Below are positions 36,471-49,370 of a stretch of DNA of 64,000 nt, one piece after another. The DNA comes from Cetorhinus maximus (taxonomy: Eukaryota). The number at the start of each line of letters is the position of its first letter. Within the stretch, counting starts at the first letter, position 1. The position numbers and the translations under genes are program-made. The notes below the pieces were generated by a model. It did not search any database and had not been told where the DNA came from. It saw only the letters and a program-made list of their open reading frames with translations. The stretch lies in the NCBI RefSeq assembly GCF_964194155.1, contig NC_135903.1, positions 4,588,001-4,652,000 of the forward strand. The letters run 5' to 3'.

Positions 36471-38111
36471 AGCTACCAGTCCTGTCCCACACTCTACATG
36501 ATGCAGATGATAATGTATATCCCTAAATATCAGAAGTTGTTTTAATTTCTGAATTTGGTACCTTGCAATTACATTTAGACGCATAGCCAATGATCTACAA
36601 TTTTCAGGTAAAAAGGGACAGAGTTGTAGGATGTAATCACAAAATTGTAAAAAAAAAATCCCAGGAGCCTGAGAAGTAAAAAAGTAGTGATTTTTGCCTT
36701 TTTCAGTCACGGTAAAGCAATTGCCCTAATTTCCAGTGTAAAGAAGTGCACAATTTAACTCCCAAAATGGCAGTAAAAAATACCAAAGAAGTCAAATCAA
36801 CCAATCACCATAAACCATTGGCTCTGGGTTGTAATGTACAGCTTATTTTTGTAAACCGACTAAACTGCTAGAAGAACCTTTTATATAATGGATATTGAAC
36901 GTCCGTGTAGATCAGTTAGCCTATCAGTGCAGACTATTGCTACGCAAATCCTTTCTAAGATAAGTTGATCCAAATTTAAAGTTTGTGTAACCAGGTATAA
37001 CACAATCCATGCATCTCTCATTTTCACTCGTTCCCTCTCTCTTTTTGCTCATGCTTGTCTCTCTCACCCCATATCCACCTTTTTTGTATGTTTCCCCCTC
37101 TATCTCTCTCTGCCTTTCCATTTTGCAATACCCTGCCTTAAACAGCATGCTCGTAATGACCTATTCTATTGGGCCTGACCTCAGATGACTACAGAAACCA
37201 GCAGCAAGATTTGATCTTTATTAAATAGTCAGCTCAATGATGACAAGTGATTTAAATAAATACATTAATAATGCAAAAAGGATGCATTTTTAATAATGAC
37301 TTGTTTAAAAAGAGCTGAATTTTTAAAAAAAAATGTTGCTGAGTGTTTTTAATTCCACCCAATGGCCTGATGGATTAAAAAAATCATCTTGGATGTGGCA
37401 CTAAGCTACATCGATTGGAAAATTACAGCTGCAATTCCTGTTCTATGTTGAGTTGGCAAAACTCAACTGGGCAACAGTTCATTGAGTCTGTGAGCAATGG
37501 TGAAAGAAATATGATGTCAACCAACCTCCCTGCTAATGATTGCCACAATGACCACCAGTAACTTATTGCTCTCTGGTAATTCCTGCTGAAAAATTCACAT
37601 CTATGACTTAGGTGCAATAAGCCTTTTGCAGTTGAATATCCTGCTGACACTCAATGTTGAGACACGAGCATGAAAAATGACCAGTTGGGCAATATACTAG
37701 AAGGATCTGGGACCCAATGAACCACAGCTCATGTCTACAGCTTTGGGGAGAAGGTGACAAAATTGGGACAATTATATCTGATATAATCATATATCTATTA
37801 GCTAAGGGAGGACAGTCCACATGGTTAAGGGTAAATGGCAGAACTTCTCTGGGCTCCTCTTATGCTTCTGAATGCAACATTAACATCTAAAGTGAAACGA
37901 GAGCCGAGGCTTTGTTACAAGTGCTGAGCTGAGCTTATATTAGAAAAATGAAAGCTATGCAAATTATAAATGACTATTTTTGACGGCTGGTGTGTACTTA
38001 TAAAATAGGAAATGTGTTATATCAGAGTGGAATTAATTTGCTGATGAGAACATGATTTCGGCAGAAAAAAAAAAGTATTTCATTTGAAAATCTGGAGTTG
38101 CCCGAAACCAT

Positions 38112-38934
38112 GAGGTAGAAATTGGACCAAGTTTTACCCATTTGTTGGGCATAAATGGACGCAAGGTCCAGTATTGGGGACCAACATCCTGTGCCCCAAG
38201 TATGCCTGATAGGTATCCAATGCAAAAATTGGGTCAGGTAATTTTTCAGGTGTCCAGGGTGGCCTTGTAAAACAAGCCTGTAGTATATGCTAATGAGGGA
38301 CCGAAGGTGGAGTAAAAAGGGTTAACAGATGGGATCTGCTAATGTATGACATAGATGATGACACCACTGGCACTAGGCAGTCATGTGCTAGACTCTTGAA
38401 AGGGAGAGAGGTTGGAATTGTGCCTAAGAGTTGCGTGTCTACTCTACACCTTGTTCAGAAGTAGTACCAACAAACAAGTGTTAAGCAGATACCAGAGTAT
38501 GTCTACAGACCGTCTAAGAACCAAGTCCCATGCCTAGAATCCCAGACAGCAGGACCCAATCACAGAACAGAATGTTTTAGGACCCCTTAGTAAAATTGGG
38601 CTACATTGAGCTGAGTCGGCCTGAAGTCTGCTCCACTGCCAATTCCTAGGCTTCAATGCTGCCTGGCCAACAGGTGCCACCAAAAAATTATTTCAGTTTT
38701 ATATTATGATACTGTGGAGGTCAGAACACCTCCTCCCTGCTCCACAGCACTAGTAACGGCCATAATCCCTCTCCGGCTATCCTCCCACCACTACCTCATG
38801 ACCGCTGCCTACCAGGCATGAAGTCCAAAATTTGCTTCTCTGGTCAGCCGAGCTGCTTGTGGAAGAGTGACAGGTGTCGGCAGCTCACCGCAATTACTTT
38901 GTTGGAGCTCAAGGACTTCTTACAATTGCTCCCC
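38112..38934. mobile_element. Possible old non-autonomous TIR element
   Basis: Weakly complementary ends gaggtagaaattg / caattgctcccc; no TSD seen. Confidence 0.3.
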
Positions 38935-40439
38935 CCCCCTCCCCCCCCCCGCAAGACCAGGGTTCATTTCCAGTGCCTATCTTAGCACCTGAAACCTGGC
39001 CCAAATGAACTTCCAGTATCCAGTACATAATTCCAAGGATCAAAAATATAGTCCTGCGCTGCTCCCTTCCCTGTTTGTGCTCTGGAAACACTGCAGTGAA
39101 GATTGTTTGGGTTTTGAAACGCAATCATTGCTACGTGTCCAATCTGGCTTCCTGTAGTCATGCAGGCAGCCATCTTACATTCAGTTCAATAAAGACGCTA
39201 CACTAGGAAGACTGTAATGTAGTCTTGGAGCTCGTAACAAAGATTGTGTCACAAAGTGAAGACGTTTCCTACTTTCTAAACAGAGGATTTGGAGACTGGT
39301 GAAGAGTGGATTCAGAGGCCTTTGGAACTTGCACATAGGGTTAAAATTCTGTGGTCAGAATAAAGTACCAACCCCAACAAAAAGCCTGGAGATCATCTTA
39401 GCTCAGTCAGGACCAGCCCTTTGTCTCTGTTGACAGGGAACAAAATGAACTTCTGAGTTAGCTTTTGTGCTTCTTCAGGTGTTTTTATTACAATGCTGCG
39501 TTTAAAAACAGTACTAATATAAATGTTGGACTAGAAGTGTCAGTCAGTGGGTGCAGCTCGGACTACTGACTGCTATTGAATTGAGACTCTGACAGCTTCA
39601 AAAGCTTGGTAATCAAATTATTTTGGAGCCTGAACATTTAATTCTGTTTAAGATCCACTGCTATTAAATGAAATAAAGAGAAGCATGGAGGCTTTGTTAA
39701 GAAGCCAGTACTTTTGGGAAAGTCCTTGGAATCTTTCCTCCCTCTTCCTTCCAAACAGGAGATACTTAGTCATAGTGTAGCCTTGAGTTTGAAGTGGAGA
39801 GGGGGAGGAATACAACCCAAACTTGTCCCTTCATGATGATACCTCTTACACTGGGCATTATTCAGTTTAGTTTGGTCTGGTCTGGTCTGCTCATGAGCTG
39901 CTTCCTAACATTAACACCTCCAAAGCGAACCCCATTATTCCCACAGCAGAGTTAATTTTATGGATTACAATTCTGGGATAAGAGAATTGGATTTTAACAG
40001 CCTAAGTAAAGTGTGGTCTCCTACAATCTGAGCTGAATATCTGTCATCACTTGAGCACGAGAAGATCCAGTGGATCACATAGGATCAAACTGTTAGGTGG
40101 GAGAAGTAACCGATGATAAATGGGACCCGTTTAAGAATGCCTTTCAGAGCATCATGTAACCATATTCTGTAGTGTTCAATTGCTCTGCTTTGATTATGTA
40201 ATTCCGTTTACAATTAATGCTCATTGTGCTTGATTTGTTAAGCCTGGGTGTGGACTCCGAGTAAAAGCAAACAAAGTCTAAAAAGAGTTGGAAGTCAGAG
40301 CTGAAGCATGAAATAGACATTTTAAAGCACTGTAAATAAAATCTGTTACATACATAGGGACTAGTGTCATCTCTGCACAGACCTGAGATGTAAATATATA
40401 ACATATTCCACCAGCATATTGTAATGAAGGCAGAAGGAG

Positions 40440-41140
40440 ACAGGAAATGTGAGACAACAAGGGGAAAGAAAAAACCTTTGCTGAAACCTAAATTAATAGA
40501 AGGTGAAGGAGGTTAAATTAGTCAGGAGAGCTATATTTAGAAAATTGGATTGAGATTGTGGGGAATATAAAGTATGATCTGAAAGGTTTTCATTAATGTA
40601 TTTTTGGCAAACAGGTGATCAGGGAAACGCTAGGAGCACTGAAAAATATCAAGTGACTGAAATGGACAGATATTATAAATTACTTTGTGTCACCGTTCAG
40701 GCAGAATGCCACTGGCTGCATTCTAATACAGGGATGAGGAATGTTGGAAATTACAAATAAGAAGCAGGCTGAGAGCACCAAAAGAGAATTGCCGAGGTAC
40801 CCTGCTGACATGGCCTACATGTTAGGATACTTCCACAAGGGGCGAATCTCATTTTACTGATTTGTTGAAAATAGGGATGATCCCCGAGAATTGGAGAAAG
40901 CTGAATAGGGTGTCATTTTATTTTTTAAAAAGGGGCATGAAGGTGACCTGGGAACTACAGGACCTACAGAACCCAACATCTGTAATAGGTAAAAAATTAG
41001 AGGCATCATGAAAGAGGGAATAATGAAGTACCTAGAGAACTATAGTTTAATAAAGACAAAGTCAACTTGGTCCTATAGGAGTATATTCATGTCTTGTAAA
41101 TCTATTGAACTCTTTCCAAGAGATGTTGAAGCATCTTCAC
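40440..41140 (+). mobile_element. Highly degenerate CR1 ORF2 fragment
   Basis: Remnants of PENWRKA, GDLGTTG (PGNYRP region) and SVIGKKLEA.MKEGIMKYLENYSLIK. Confidence 0.6.
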
Positions 41141-41145
41141 CTATT

Positions 41146-42759
41146 GGGCAGAATCTTTACCTTGTTGGGCGGGCGTGGGGGGCGGGCGTGGGGGGCGGGC
41201 ATGGGGGGCGGGCGTGGGGGGCGGGCGGGTGTGGAGGGTGTGTGTGGAGGGCGGGTGTGTGTGGAGGGCGGGCGGGTGTGGAGGGCGGGTGTGGAGGGCG
41301 GGCGGGTGTGGAGGGTGGGTGTGGAGGGTGGGTGTGGAGGGCGGATGTGGAGGGCGGGTGTGGAGGGCGGGTGTGGAGGGCGGGTGTGGAGGGCGGGTGT
41401 GGAGGGCGGGTGTGGAGGGCGGGTGTGGAGGGCGGGTGTGGAGGGTGGGTGTGGAGGGCGGGTGTGGAGGGCGGGTGTGGAGGGCGGGTGTGGAGGGCGG
41501 GTGTGGAGGGTGGGTGTGGAGGGTGTGTGTGGAGGGCGGGCGGGTGTGGAGGGCGGGTGTGGAGGGCGGGCGTGGGGGGCGGGCGGGTGTGGAGGGCGGG
41601 TGTGTGTGGAGGGCGGGTGTGTGTGGAGGGTGGGCGGGTGTGGAGGGCGGGTGTGGAGGGCGGGCGGGTGTGGAGGGTGTGTGTGGAGGGCGGGTGTGTG
41701 TGGAGGGCGGGCGGGTGTGGAGGGCGGGCGGGTGTGGAGGGCGGGCGGGTGTGGAGGGTGTGTGTGGAGGGTGGGCGGGTGTGGAGGGCGGGTGTGGAGG
41801 GTGGGTGTGGAGGGCGGGCAGGTGTGGAGGGCGGGTGTGGAGGGCGGGCGGGTGTGGAGGGTGGGTGGGTGTGGAGGGTGGGCGGGTGTGTGTGGAGGGC
41901 GGGCGGGTGTGGAGGGCGGGCGGGTGTGGAGGGCGGGTGTGTGTGGAGGGCGGGTGTGGAGGGCGGGTTTGGAGTGCGGGTGTGTGTGGAGGGCGGGCGG
42001 GTGTGGAGGGCGGGTGTGGAGGGCGGGTGTGGTGGGCGGGTGTGGAGGGCGGGTGTGGAGGGCGGGCAGGTGTGGAGGGCGGGTGTGGTGGGCGGGTGTG
42101 GAGGGCGGGTGTGGTGGGCGGGTGTGGTGGGCGGGTGTGGTGGGCGGGTGTGGAGGGCGGGTGTGGAGGGCGGGTCCGGGAGTGCTACGGACTGCAGTCT
42201 ATGATCGGGCCCAACTAATGGCCAGCCAGTGTGAAACACACGCTGATAACCTCAGCGCTGCCGGGGTGGGGGCAGGAGGGGCGCGAGTGCTGAAGTGCTG
42301 CGGAAGCATGGGGGTGGTGTGCTCAGTGAAAGCTCCCTGAAGGTACAGAGCTGCCTCAGGGAGCTGAATATTTCAAACATTAAAAATAAAATTCAAAAAG
42401 GAAAACATGTCCCCTCGAGTGATTCTGTCACATGAGCAGGGACACGTTCAAAATGAGTTTAAAAATTTTTTAATTTTATTTTTGAAATCATTGTTCGAAA
42501 CTTCATCCCGCCCGAGGATGAGGTTTCTCAAAAAATGCAAAGGCCGCATGGCCTATTTGCCCGCTTGCCAACCGTAGGGTTGGACGGGTTGGGAAGATTT
42601 CATCGGGCTTAACAGCCCTCTTAACTGTCGGTGGGCGCGCTGACTCCTGCGCGTGCCTGCCGACTGAAATGTCGGAATGCTCGCCCGACCTCATCGTGCA
42701 CTATTTCACGCTCGTGTGTGTCTGGCGTGTGCCTGCACACCGAGCTGAAAATCCTGGCC
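41146..42759. mobile_element. Harbinger-type MITE (family H1) containing a ~1 kb minisatellite expansion
   Basis: Ends gggcagaatctt / aaaatcctggcc; 42200-42759 is colinear with the 12569 MITE, including both hairpins. Confidence 0.85.
41168..42175. repeat. G-rich minisatellite, core 13-bp unit GGAGGGCGGGTGT with GCGG/GT slippage variants
   Basis: Seen directly; it accounts for four long spurious ORFs. Confidence 0.97.
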
Positions 42760-42781
42760 TTAGGCTTTTTTTGATATTCTT

Positions 42782-43180
42782 AGAATCATAGAATGATGCA
42801 GCAGAGAAGTAGGCTATTTGGCCCATTGCACCAGTGCCAAATCTTTAGCAGAGCTATACTTATAATCTTACATAATCGTATATACATTCCCCTGCATTTT
42901 CTACACAGCCTTGTAAAAGTCTTCTCCTCAAATATTCATCCAATTCTCTTTTGATTGTTGCTATTCTTCACTGTCAGGCAGCGCATTCCCGATCACAACG
43001 ACTCACTGTGTTAAATAATGTTTCCTCATGTCACCTGTGGTTCATTTGCCAATCACGTTAGATCTCTGTCCTATACTTACCAACCCTTCTGCCTCTGGAA
43101 ACAGTTCCTTCTTATTTACTGTATTGAACAATTCATGATTTAAACACCTCTATCAAACCTCCTCTGAAGGAGAACTTACA
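42782..43180 (-). mobile_element. Degenerate CR1 3' fragment
   Basis: Tail agaatcatagaat; caggcagcgcattcc and ttcatgatttaaacacctctatcaaa match the 7966 copy. Confidence 0.7.
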
Positions 43181-43329
43181 AGTCTCACTGTATAAACGGT
43201 TAAAATCAACTTCACTGTCCAAAATAATATTCTAGCTGAAGTTGATACATGCACTAGAGATTTTAGCTATTTGTCATTGGAACTGAGAGGCTAAGCCATT
43301 TCATTCAAATACAGACACCCTGTGGTGCT

Positions 43330-43703
43330 TGAAAGAAAGATTTGCATTTACATAGCGCTTTTCACAGGCACCGAATGTCTGAAAGCACTTTACAACAGGG
43401 ATCACACTTTACCTCATTGGCTGTAATGTAGGAAACATGGCAGCCAATTTGCACCCAGCAAATGCCCACCAGTAGCAATATGATAATGATCAGATGAACG
43501 GTTTTGTGTGGTGTAGATTGAGGAATAAATATTGGCCAAGATACCAGAGACAACTCGCCTGCTGTTCTCCAAAATAGTGCCACACTACACCCACCCCCAA
43601 CAGGCAGGTGGGGCCTGGGTTTAATGCCTCATCGGAACGATGGCACCTCCAACAGTACAGTTCTCCTTCAGTACTGCACTGGAATGTCAGCCTTGATTTG
43701 CTC
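43330..43703 (-). mobile_element. Deu-domain SINE (AmnSINE1/SacSINE1-like, family A)
   Basis: gtaatgtaggaaacatggcagccaatttgc...aaatattggcc...ggcacctccaacagt...cagtactgcactgg; recalled Deu-SINE consensus and mutual similarity with the other copies. Confidence 0.8.
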
Positions 43704-44299
43704 AAATTTGTGTCTGACTGACAGCCTTTTTTTAAAAAAGAAGTTATTTAAATCTGTTTACGCACTTTTTAAATGTTTTCTTAACGAAGCTGTCATCTTC
43801 AAATCTGAAGCCTCCAAATCAAGGTAATCTAAATTAGCTTCATGGATAAGACAACAAAAGAATCACTACATAAGAAATATGACTCACATTACTGTTTTAT
43901 GTGAATATTGTGGAAATATCAGTGCTGGAGAATGCAACAAATTTCTATTTTTTGCATCAAGTATCATGCTGAGCATTTCAAAGTCAATTATGATATACGT
44001 AAGAAAATAAAATTGCATCTACTCAGTTACAAAGTCCTAAATAAAACCCCCACTACACCAATTTTCAGAGCAACTTCCCCACATCAGCCATTATTGGGCA
44101 AAACTATTAATTTAACACTAGTTTGTGTTGGGGGGAGGGGGGTTCTGCTCTGGGTCCACAAATATAACGATCTATTGTGGATTTAAAGAGAGAACATTTA
44201 TGGTATTATTAACAACAATGTGCTGTTGCAACAGTGGTGGCATAGCAACAGAGAATGATATTGTCAACTTAGCAACTGCATCCTCTTCATGACAATCTC

Positions 44300-45235
44300 T
44301 CCCCTACATTGTGATCCCGTATCTTCTCCGTCACAAGAACCATCTACTTCCACCTCTTAACTTCATTGGTCACTGTCATATCTCAGTTAGTCTGCTGCTG
44401 AAACACGCACCTATGCATTTGTTACCTCTATACCCTACTATTCTAATGCTGTCCTGACTGGCCTCCCACCATTCATCCTCAGTAAGCTTGAACTCATCAA
44501 ATCTCTGACGCTGTAACTCGCACCAAGTTCTGTTCACCCATTACCTCGGTGCTTATCGATTGTCATTGGAAGCCTGACAACGCCTCGATTTCAAAATTCT
44601 CATCTTTGTTTTCAAATCTGTCTATGACCTCATCCCTCCCTGTCTGTACCACCTCCTCTGGCCCTACAGCCCTTCCAATTATCTGCGCTCCTCCAATTCT
44701 GGCCTCTTACATGTCCCTGAAATTCATTGCTCCACAATCAGCTACCATGTTGGTGTGGGGCTAATGTCACTGGGCTGGTAATCCAGAGGTCCAGGCTAAT
44801 GTCCCGGGTACATGGGTTCAGATCCCACCCTGGCAGCTGGTGGGATTTAGATCTGGGATTATAAAGCCAGTCTCGGTAATGGTGACCATGAACCTATCAG
44901 CCAGGGCTTTCCATTGACTTTTGACAGGATCGGATGATCCTGGCGGTGGGTGGGGCCCAAAAACCCCACCCATCAGATTCAGTAATATCCTGTAGGGTAG
45001 GAAATCTGCCGTCCTTATCTGGTCTGGCCTACATGTGACTCTTAACTGTCCTCTGAAATGGTCTCGCAAGCAAGTGCACTTAGGGATGCATAACAAATGC
45101 TGGCCTTGCCAGCGATGCCACATGAAAGAATTAACAAAAAAAAAATGCCTTCAACTAAGCTCTGGAATTCTTTGCCGGAAACACTCTGACTCTCTCTTCT
45201 CCTTTAAGATGCTCTTTAAAATCCACCTTTTGATG
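44300..45235 (+). mobile_element. L2 LINE 3' fragment split by the SINE at 44750
   Basis: AFVTSIPYYSNAVLTGLPPFILSKLELIK resembles L2 AFVTSRLDYSNALLAGLP..KLELIQ; continues aagctctggaattc at 45157. Confidence 0.7.
44750..45145 (+). mobile_element. tRNA-SINE family B with A-tail
   Basis: B-box gggttcagatccc; gaaatctgccgtccttatctggtctggcctacatgtgactc; tail aaatgctggccttgccagcgatgcc...aaaaaaaaa. Confidence 0.85.
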
Positions 45236-45409
45236 GTGCTTTTGTTTATCTGGAATGGAACAAGGGCAACAGGTGAAGGCTCACAAATGGGCCTTCAAAC
45301 AAATCAGGAAAGTCTGAATAGTCTGGGGATCTTTTCTGTAAAAAAAAAGAGAGAAAAGGCTGAGGGTTGAGTTATTAAAGAGTTCAAGAAGTATAAACGG
45401 AGAGAAGGT

Positions 45410-45785
45410 GGATTGAAATTTCCCGACCCATTGGCGACGGGTTGGGAGGGGGAAGACTGGCACAATGGCTTCGGGAGGGATGTCGGGCATCTTTAAGCTG
45501 CCATGCCATATTGCCAGTGGTGGGAAACATGGTGAATTGAGCTGCCAACCAGTGGGCGATTAAGAGACACTGCCCACCTCAGCGGGTACTTTGCTGGCAT
45601 CTGAAGGGCCTGCCGTGTGTATTGAAACTTGGCAGCCTCTCCGATGCTCCATGCTGCTGGGGCCAATGGCTGCCCTCATGGTAACAATGCTGCTGGTGTT
45701 CCAGGCCACAAACCCCCCCCACCCCCCACCCCACACACACACACACAATCCCAATCCCCCCCCCTCCACCCCACATCCCCCCCTC

Positions 45786-45817
<32 letters not shown>

Positions 45818-46053
45818 CCGAAGACTGACCTGATTTTCGAGGGCACCTCTACTTTGAGATGACCTCTTCCTAGTTTTGCAACCTCAGTAATGATCACTGC
45901 TAGCTGCCGTGCTGCTGGCCCTCTGATTGGAGGCTCTTAATTGTCTGCCGACAGCAATGCGCCTCTGTGGATCCTGCCGCTGGCTGAAGTGGGGCCAGCT
46001 CCTGCTTTTGGACCCGGCATCGGCACTTCAACATCAGCCACAAAATTCAGCCC
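45410..46053. mobile_element. Harbinger-type MITE with an internal (CA)n/C-rich tract
   Basis: Ends ggattgaaatttt / aaaattcagccc; flanks ggt/gat. Confidence 0.7.
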
Positions 46054-46144
46054 GATGTTTCCGCTTGTGGGAGAGGCCAAAACTACAGTCTGTAAATACA
46101 AGAAAGTCACTAATAAATCCAGTAGGGAATTCAGGAGAAACTTT

Positions 46145-47429
46145 GGCCGGGATTTTCGGTGCCCGCCAGCCTCGGATGTGTTCAGTTGCGTGAGCGGACA
46201 ATATGGTGCGATTGGTTTCATGATGGTTGCGATTGCCTGCCCAGCCCGCCAATGGCAGGTCGCGTTTCCTGCCATCGGACGTCGGGAACCTCATTGTAAT
46301 ACATCCGTATATCACTATTAGGCCAGTCTGCCGGTATCATCCCCTGCACTACTGGATCGTCCGCCCATGTCGGCAGGAGAACATGCCCACGTGTTTCACA
46401 ACGGCACATAAGCAACGCTCTTTAAAATCTACCTGTGGCCTACACTTGACTCAGGACTTCGAGCTTTATTTGCCTACCTTGCTTTGGGCAGCACTCGCAG
46501 TCATCAGCGCCAGGCTTCACAGACAGCACCACATCACTTTTAGGGGGGCTCACGGGCAGTTCTCTACCTACCAGACCAGCTGTGAGGTGGGGGTGGTTTT
46601 TCAATGGCTGCAGGGCTAGGGCTTGCCTGGTGAAGGGAAAGAAGTGACCTCAGGAAAGGGAAGAGGAGGCAGGACGAAGGCTGTGCTGGGGAAGGAGGGT
46701 AACCCAGGCTGTGTTGGGTGGTTTGGGGGGGGCGCACTTGTTGATCTGGCCTCTAGATCGGGAGAGCTGAGGAGGCAGCCTCCGGAGGAGATGAGGCAAG
46801 ATGGACATGTGAGGGTGTGTGTGTGTGAGAATGGGTGGTGATGTCCCTTGAGCTGGCAGTGAGTGAGATGCCAGTGAATGTGTGATGGGTTTGAGTGTGA
46901 GAATTTAGATGATGAGATGGTTGCCTTACCCTGGCTGCACGGAGGAGATCATTCATCCTCTATCTGCATTGGATGGCCAACCTCTCCTGTACAGTATTGG
47001 CACTGATCACCACTGCCACAGCCTCCCAAGCCTGGTTGGTCACACCATCCTGCAGCCCGAGCAGGGGTAGAGGACACCGTGGCAGGCCTCCACAGCATCA
47101 AAAAGGCGTTCCAATGACGCGTCACTAAACCTGGGGGCTGCAGTCTTTTTGCCTTTCGTGGACATCTTCCCGGCAGTGGTCTTGGGCTGGATGCACTGAG
47201 ATGTGTGAGCACATCTGGACTTTAAATATGGCGCCCAGCGTGATGAAGCACCGAGGTGATGGCGTGGTGGGCGAATGAGAGCCCACCCGCCGGCCATGGA
47301 AACATCGTGTTTCCCAGGAAAGCATAACTAATGCGGCGAGTATGGGATGATACAGAGGGAAAAGCCGCCATTGCGGCCGGCGCATAAAACGTAGTTTTAC
47401 CTGAGTGCAAATCTGGGATGATTCTGTCC
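46145..47429 (-). mobile_element. Deleted Harbinger element retaining Myb/SANT exon 1 (46930-47165)
   Basis: TSD ttt/ttt; MSTKGKKTAAPRFSDASLERLFDAVEA..VLYP / AWEAVAVVISAN..QCR*RMNDLLRAAR followed by a GTAAGG donor. Confidence 0.85.
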
Positions 47430-47835
47430 TTTGTTACGCAGAGAGTGGTGAGAATGTGGAACTCACCAACTACCAATGGATATTGTTGAGCTAATAGATG
47501 CATTTAAGGGGAAGCTAGATAAACACACGAGTGTGAAGTGAATGGAAATTATGCTGATAGGGTTAAATGCAGAGTGGTGGGAGGAGGCTCATGTGGAGTA
47601 TAGGCAGCAGCATAGACCAGTTAGGTTGAATGGTCCGTTTCTGTGCTGCACGTGGTCTGTAATTCACTATAGATTATATTAAGAAGTAGCACTGGTGTGC
47701 CGTGTGTTAATTTAGCTTCTTCACTCAGGAAATCCTCCCACCTAGATCAGTTGTGTCTATTATGAAAAGTATCAACAACAATAGACAGAAGAACAAAACT
47801 AATACTAGAAACAATTAAACGTTTTTGTTATCTAA

Positions 47836-48900
47836 GAGCTGAATTTTCACAGGGACAGGAATGCTCCGTGGACCTTAAAATGGGAAGGACCCGGAGGCAA
47901 AAGTCCTGCCCTCAATTCCGACAGATCCAATTTTTGCTGGTTGGGGAGAAAGGCTGAGACATGATCCAAACACATGGGAAACCCGAGCTCAGCAGGTGGG
48001 AATCATGATTTGATAGAATAGACGTAAACACTCTTGAAGGGTGGAGAAGGTCTGTATAATTCATAATCTGAAGATTTTTTTTTAAGTGCCCCGCTCTTTA
48101 AACTTTAAAAAGCATGCTACGGCTGTCAATTAGAATATTTTTAAAAAGCCCCCTGTTGGGCTGCTTTGATTCATAGGTATAGTAAAAAAAAAACTAGCAT
48201 CTGGTCAGGCAGTTTCAATAGAGTTCTTTGTTGAGCAGTTCCCCAATTATGCCATTATGAATGCTTGACTGAGTTTCAAAAGTTTAAATTTATCTCAGCA
48301 GGGGTTTCTGAGTTCACAGTTTGACTGAAAGTTCAAAGAGGTTATTATAGGATTAGCTGTCTTTGATGTGGGGACTGAACATAAGTTTGTTTGCATAAGA
48401 GATTAACTGTTTGAGTTTAAAGCTTTGAATGGAGTTTATGAATGGGAGCTTTTTCAAAACCAAGTGTGTAGGGCTGTATTAGATTGTTAGAATGATTTTT
48501 AAAATTCCATATGGCTCTTGAGGTCTGCCCATGTGGATATTGGATGAGTAGCTTTGGAGGTGCCATGGAGGATGGGTGGGGGCATGAGTTGGCATGGAGG
48601 GTATGAGGGCATGGAGGCTGGGTGGGGGCATGAGTTGGCATTAAACTTGCATGGAGGCTTTGAGGGGCAATGGGGGTTGTGAGGGCCCGACAGCTTCTGA
48701 AACAACTGGAACAAAGTCCAAGAGAATCGAGGCGGGCTTCTCACCAGCCTACCCTGGCACTCGCCGCCTCCATGGTCACCTCTGATCTGCTTCCAGGGTC
48801 AACGGGGTTGACTCTATCCCATGCACCCTCCCCATTCTGAATGAAAATCGCATGATTTATGGTGCTTTTTATGGAGCCGGGTCTGGCAAGTACAATCACT
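47836..48900. mobile_element. Long non-autonomous element (family H3)
   Basis: Left end taa|gagctgaattttc; internal blocks shared with 57329-58555; right end unclear. Confidence 0.6.
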
Positions 48901-48957
48901 CTTACTCTTGTTGTCAAACGTATTCAAAATTAATAGGATTTTGTTGGCTTGTTAAGG

Positions 48958-49370
48958 GAAGAAGGAAAAGAGAAATCTTTCATTACCACCATCTCAAAGT
49001 GTTTTAGAGCCAATGAAGTATTTTCGAAGTGTAGCCTCTGGTGTAATGTAGGAAAAATGCAGCTAATTTGCACACAAGGTCCCATGAACAGCAATGTGAT
49101 AATGACCACATAATCTGTTTTTGTGATGTTGATGGAGGGATAAATATTTGCCAGGACATCGGGAATAATTCCACTGATCACCTTCAAAATGGTGCTGTGG
49201 GATCTTTCATGTCCACCTGAGAGGGCAGTTGGGACCTCACGCCTCAGTTTAATGCCTCATCTGAAAAACTGCCTCAGTACTGCACTAGAGAAAAGGGCCT
49301 TGAAGGTTGTGAGCGCAAAAATCAATTTAAGAAGTGAGATTGCTACCAACTGAGCTGCGGCTGACACTCG
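48958..49370 (-). mobile_element. Deu-domain SINE (family A)
   Basis: Colinear with the 43330 and 50735 copies. Confidence 0.8.

Larger units (their letters stand above)
45290..47660 (+). mobile_element. CR1 3' fragment split by two Harbinger-type insertions
   Basis: Pieces 45290-45409, 46054-46144 (MFPLVGEAKT..YKKVTNKSSREFRRNF) and 47430-47660 are colinear. Confidence 0.8.

Noticed and set aside
41008-42340. Four ORFs of 347-411 aa (Gly/Arg/Val- or Pro/His-rich)
   Set aside because: They are artefacts of a stop-free G-rich minisatellite that is open in several frames.
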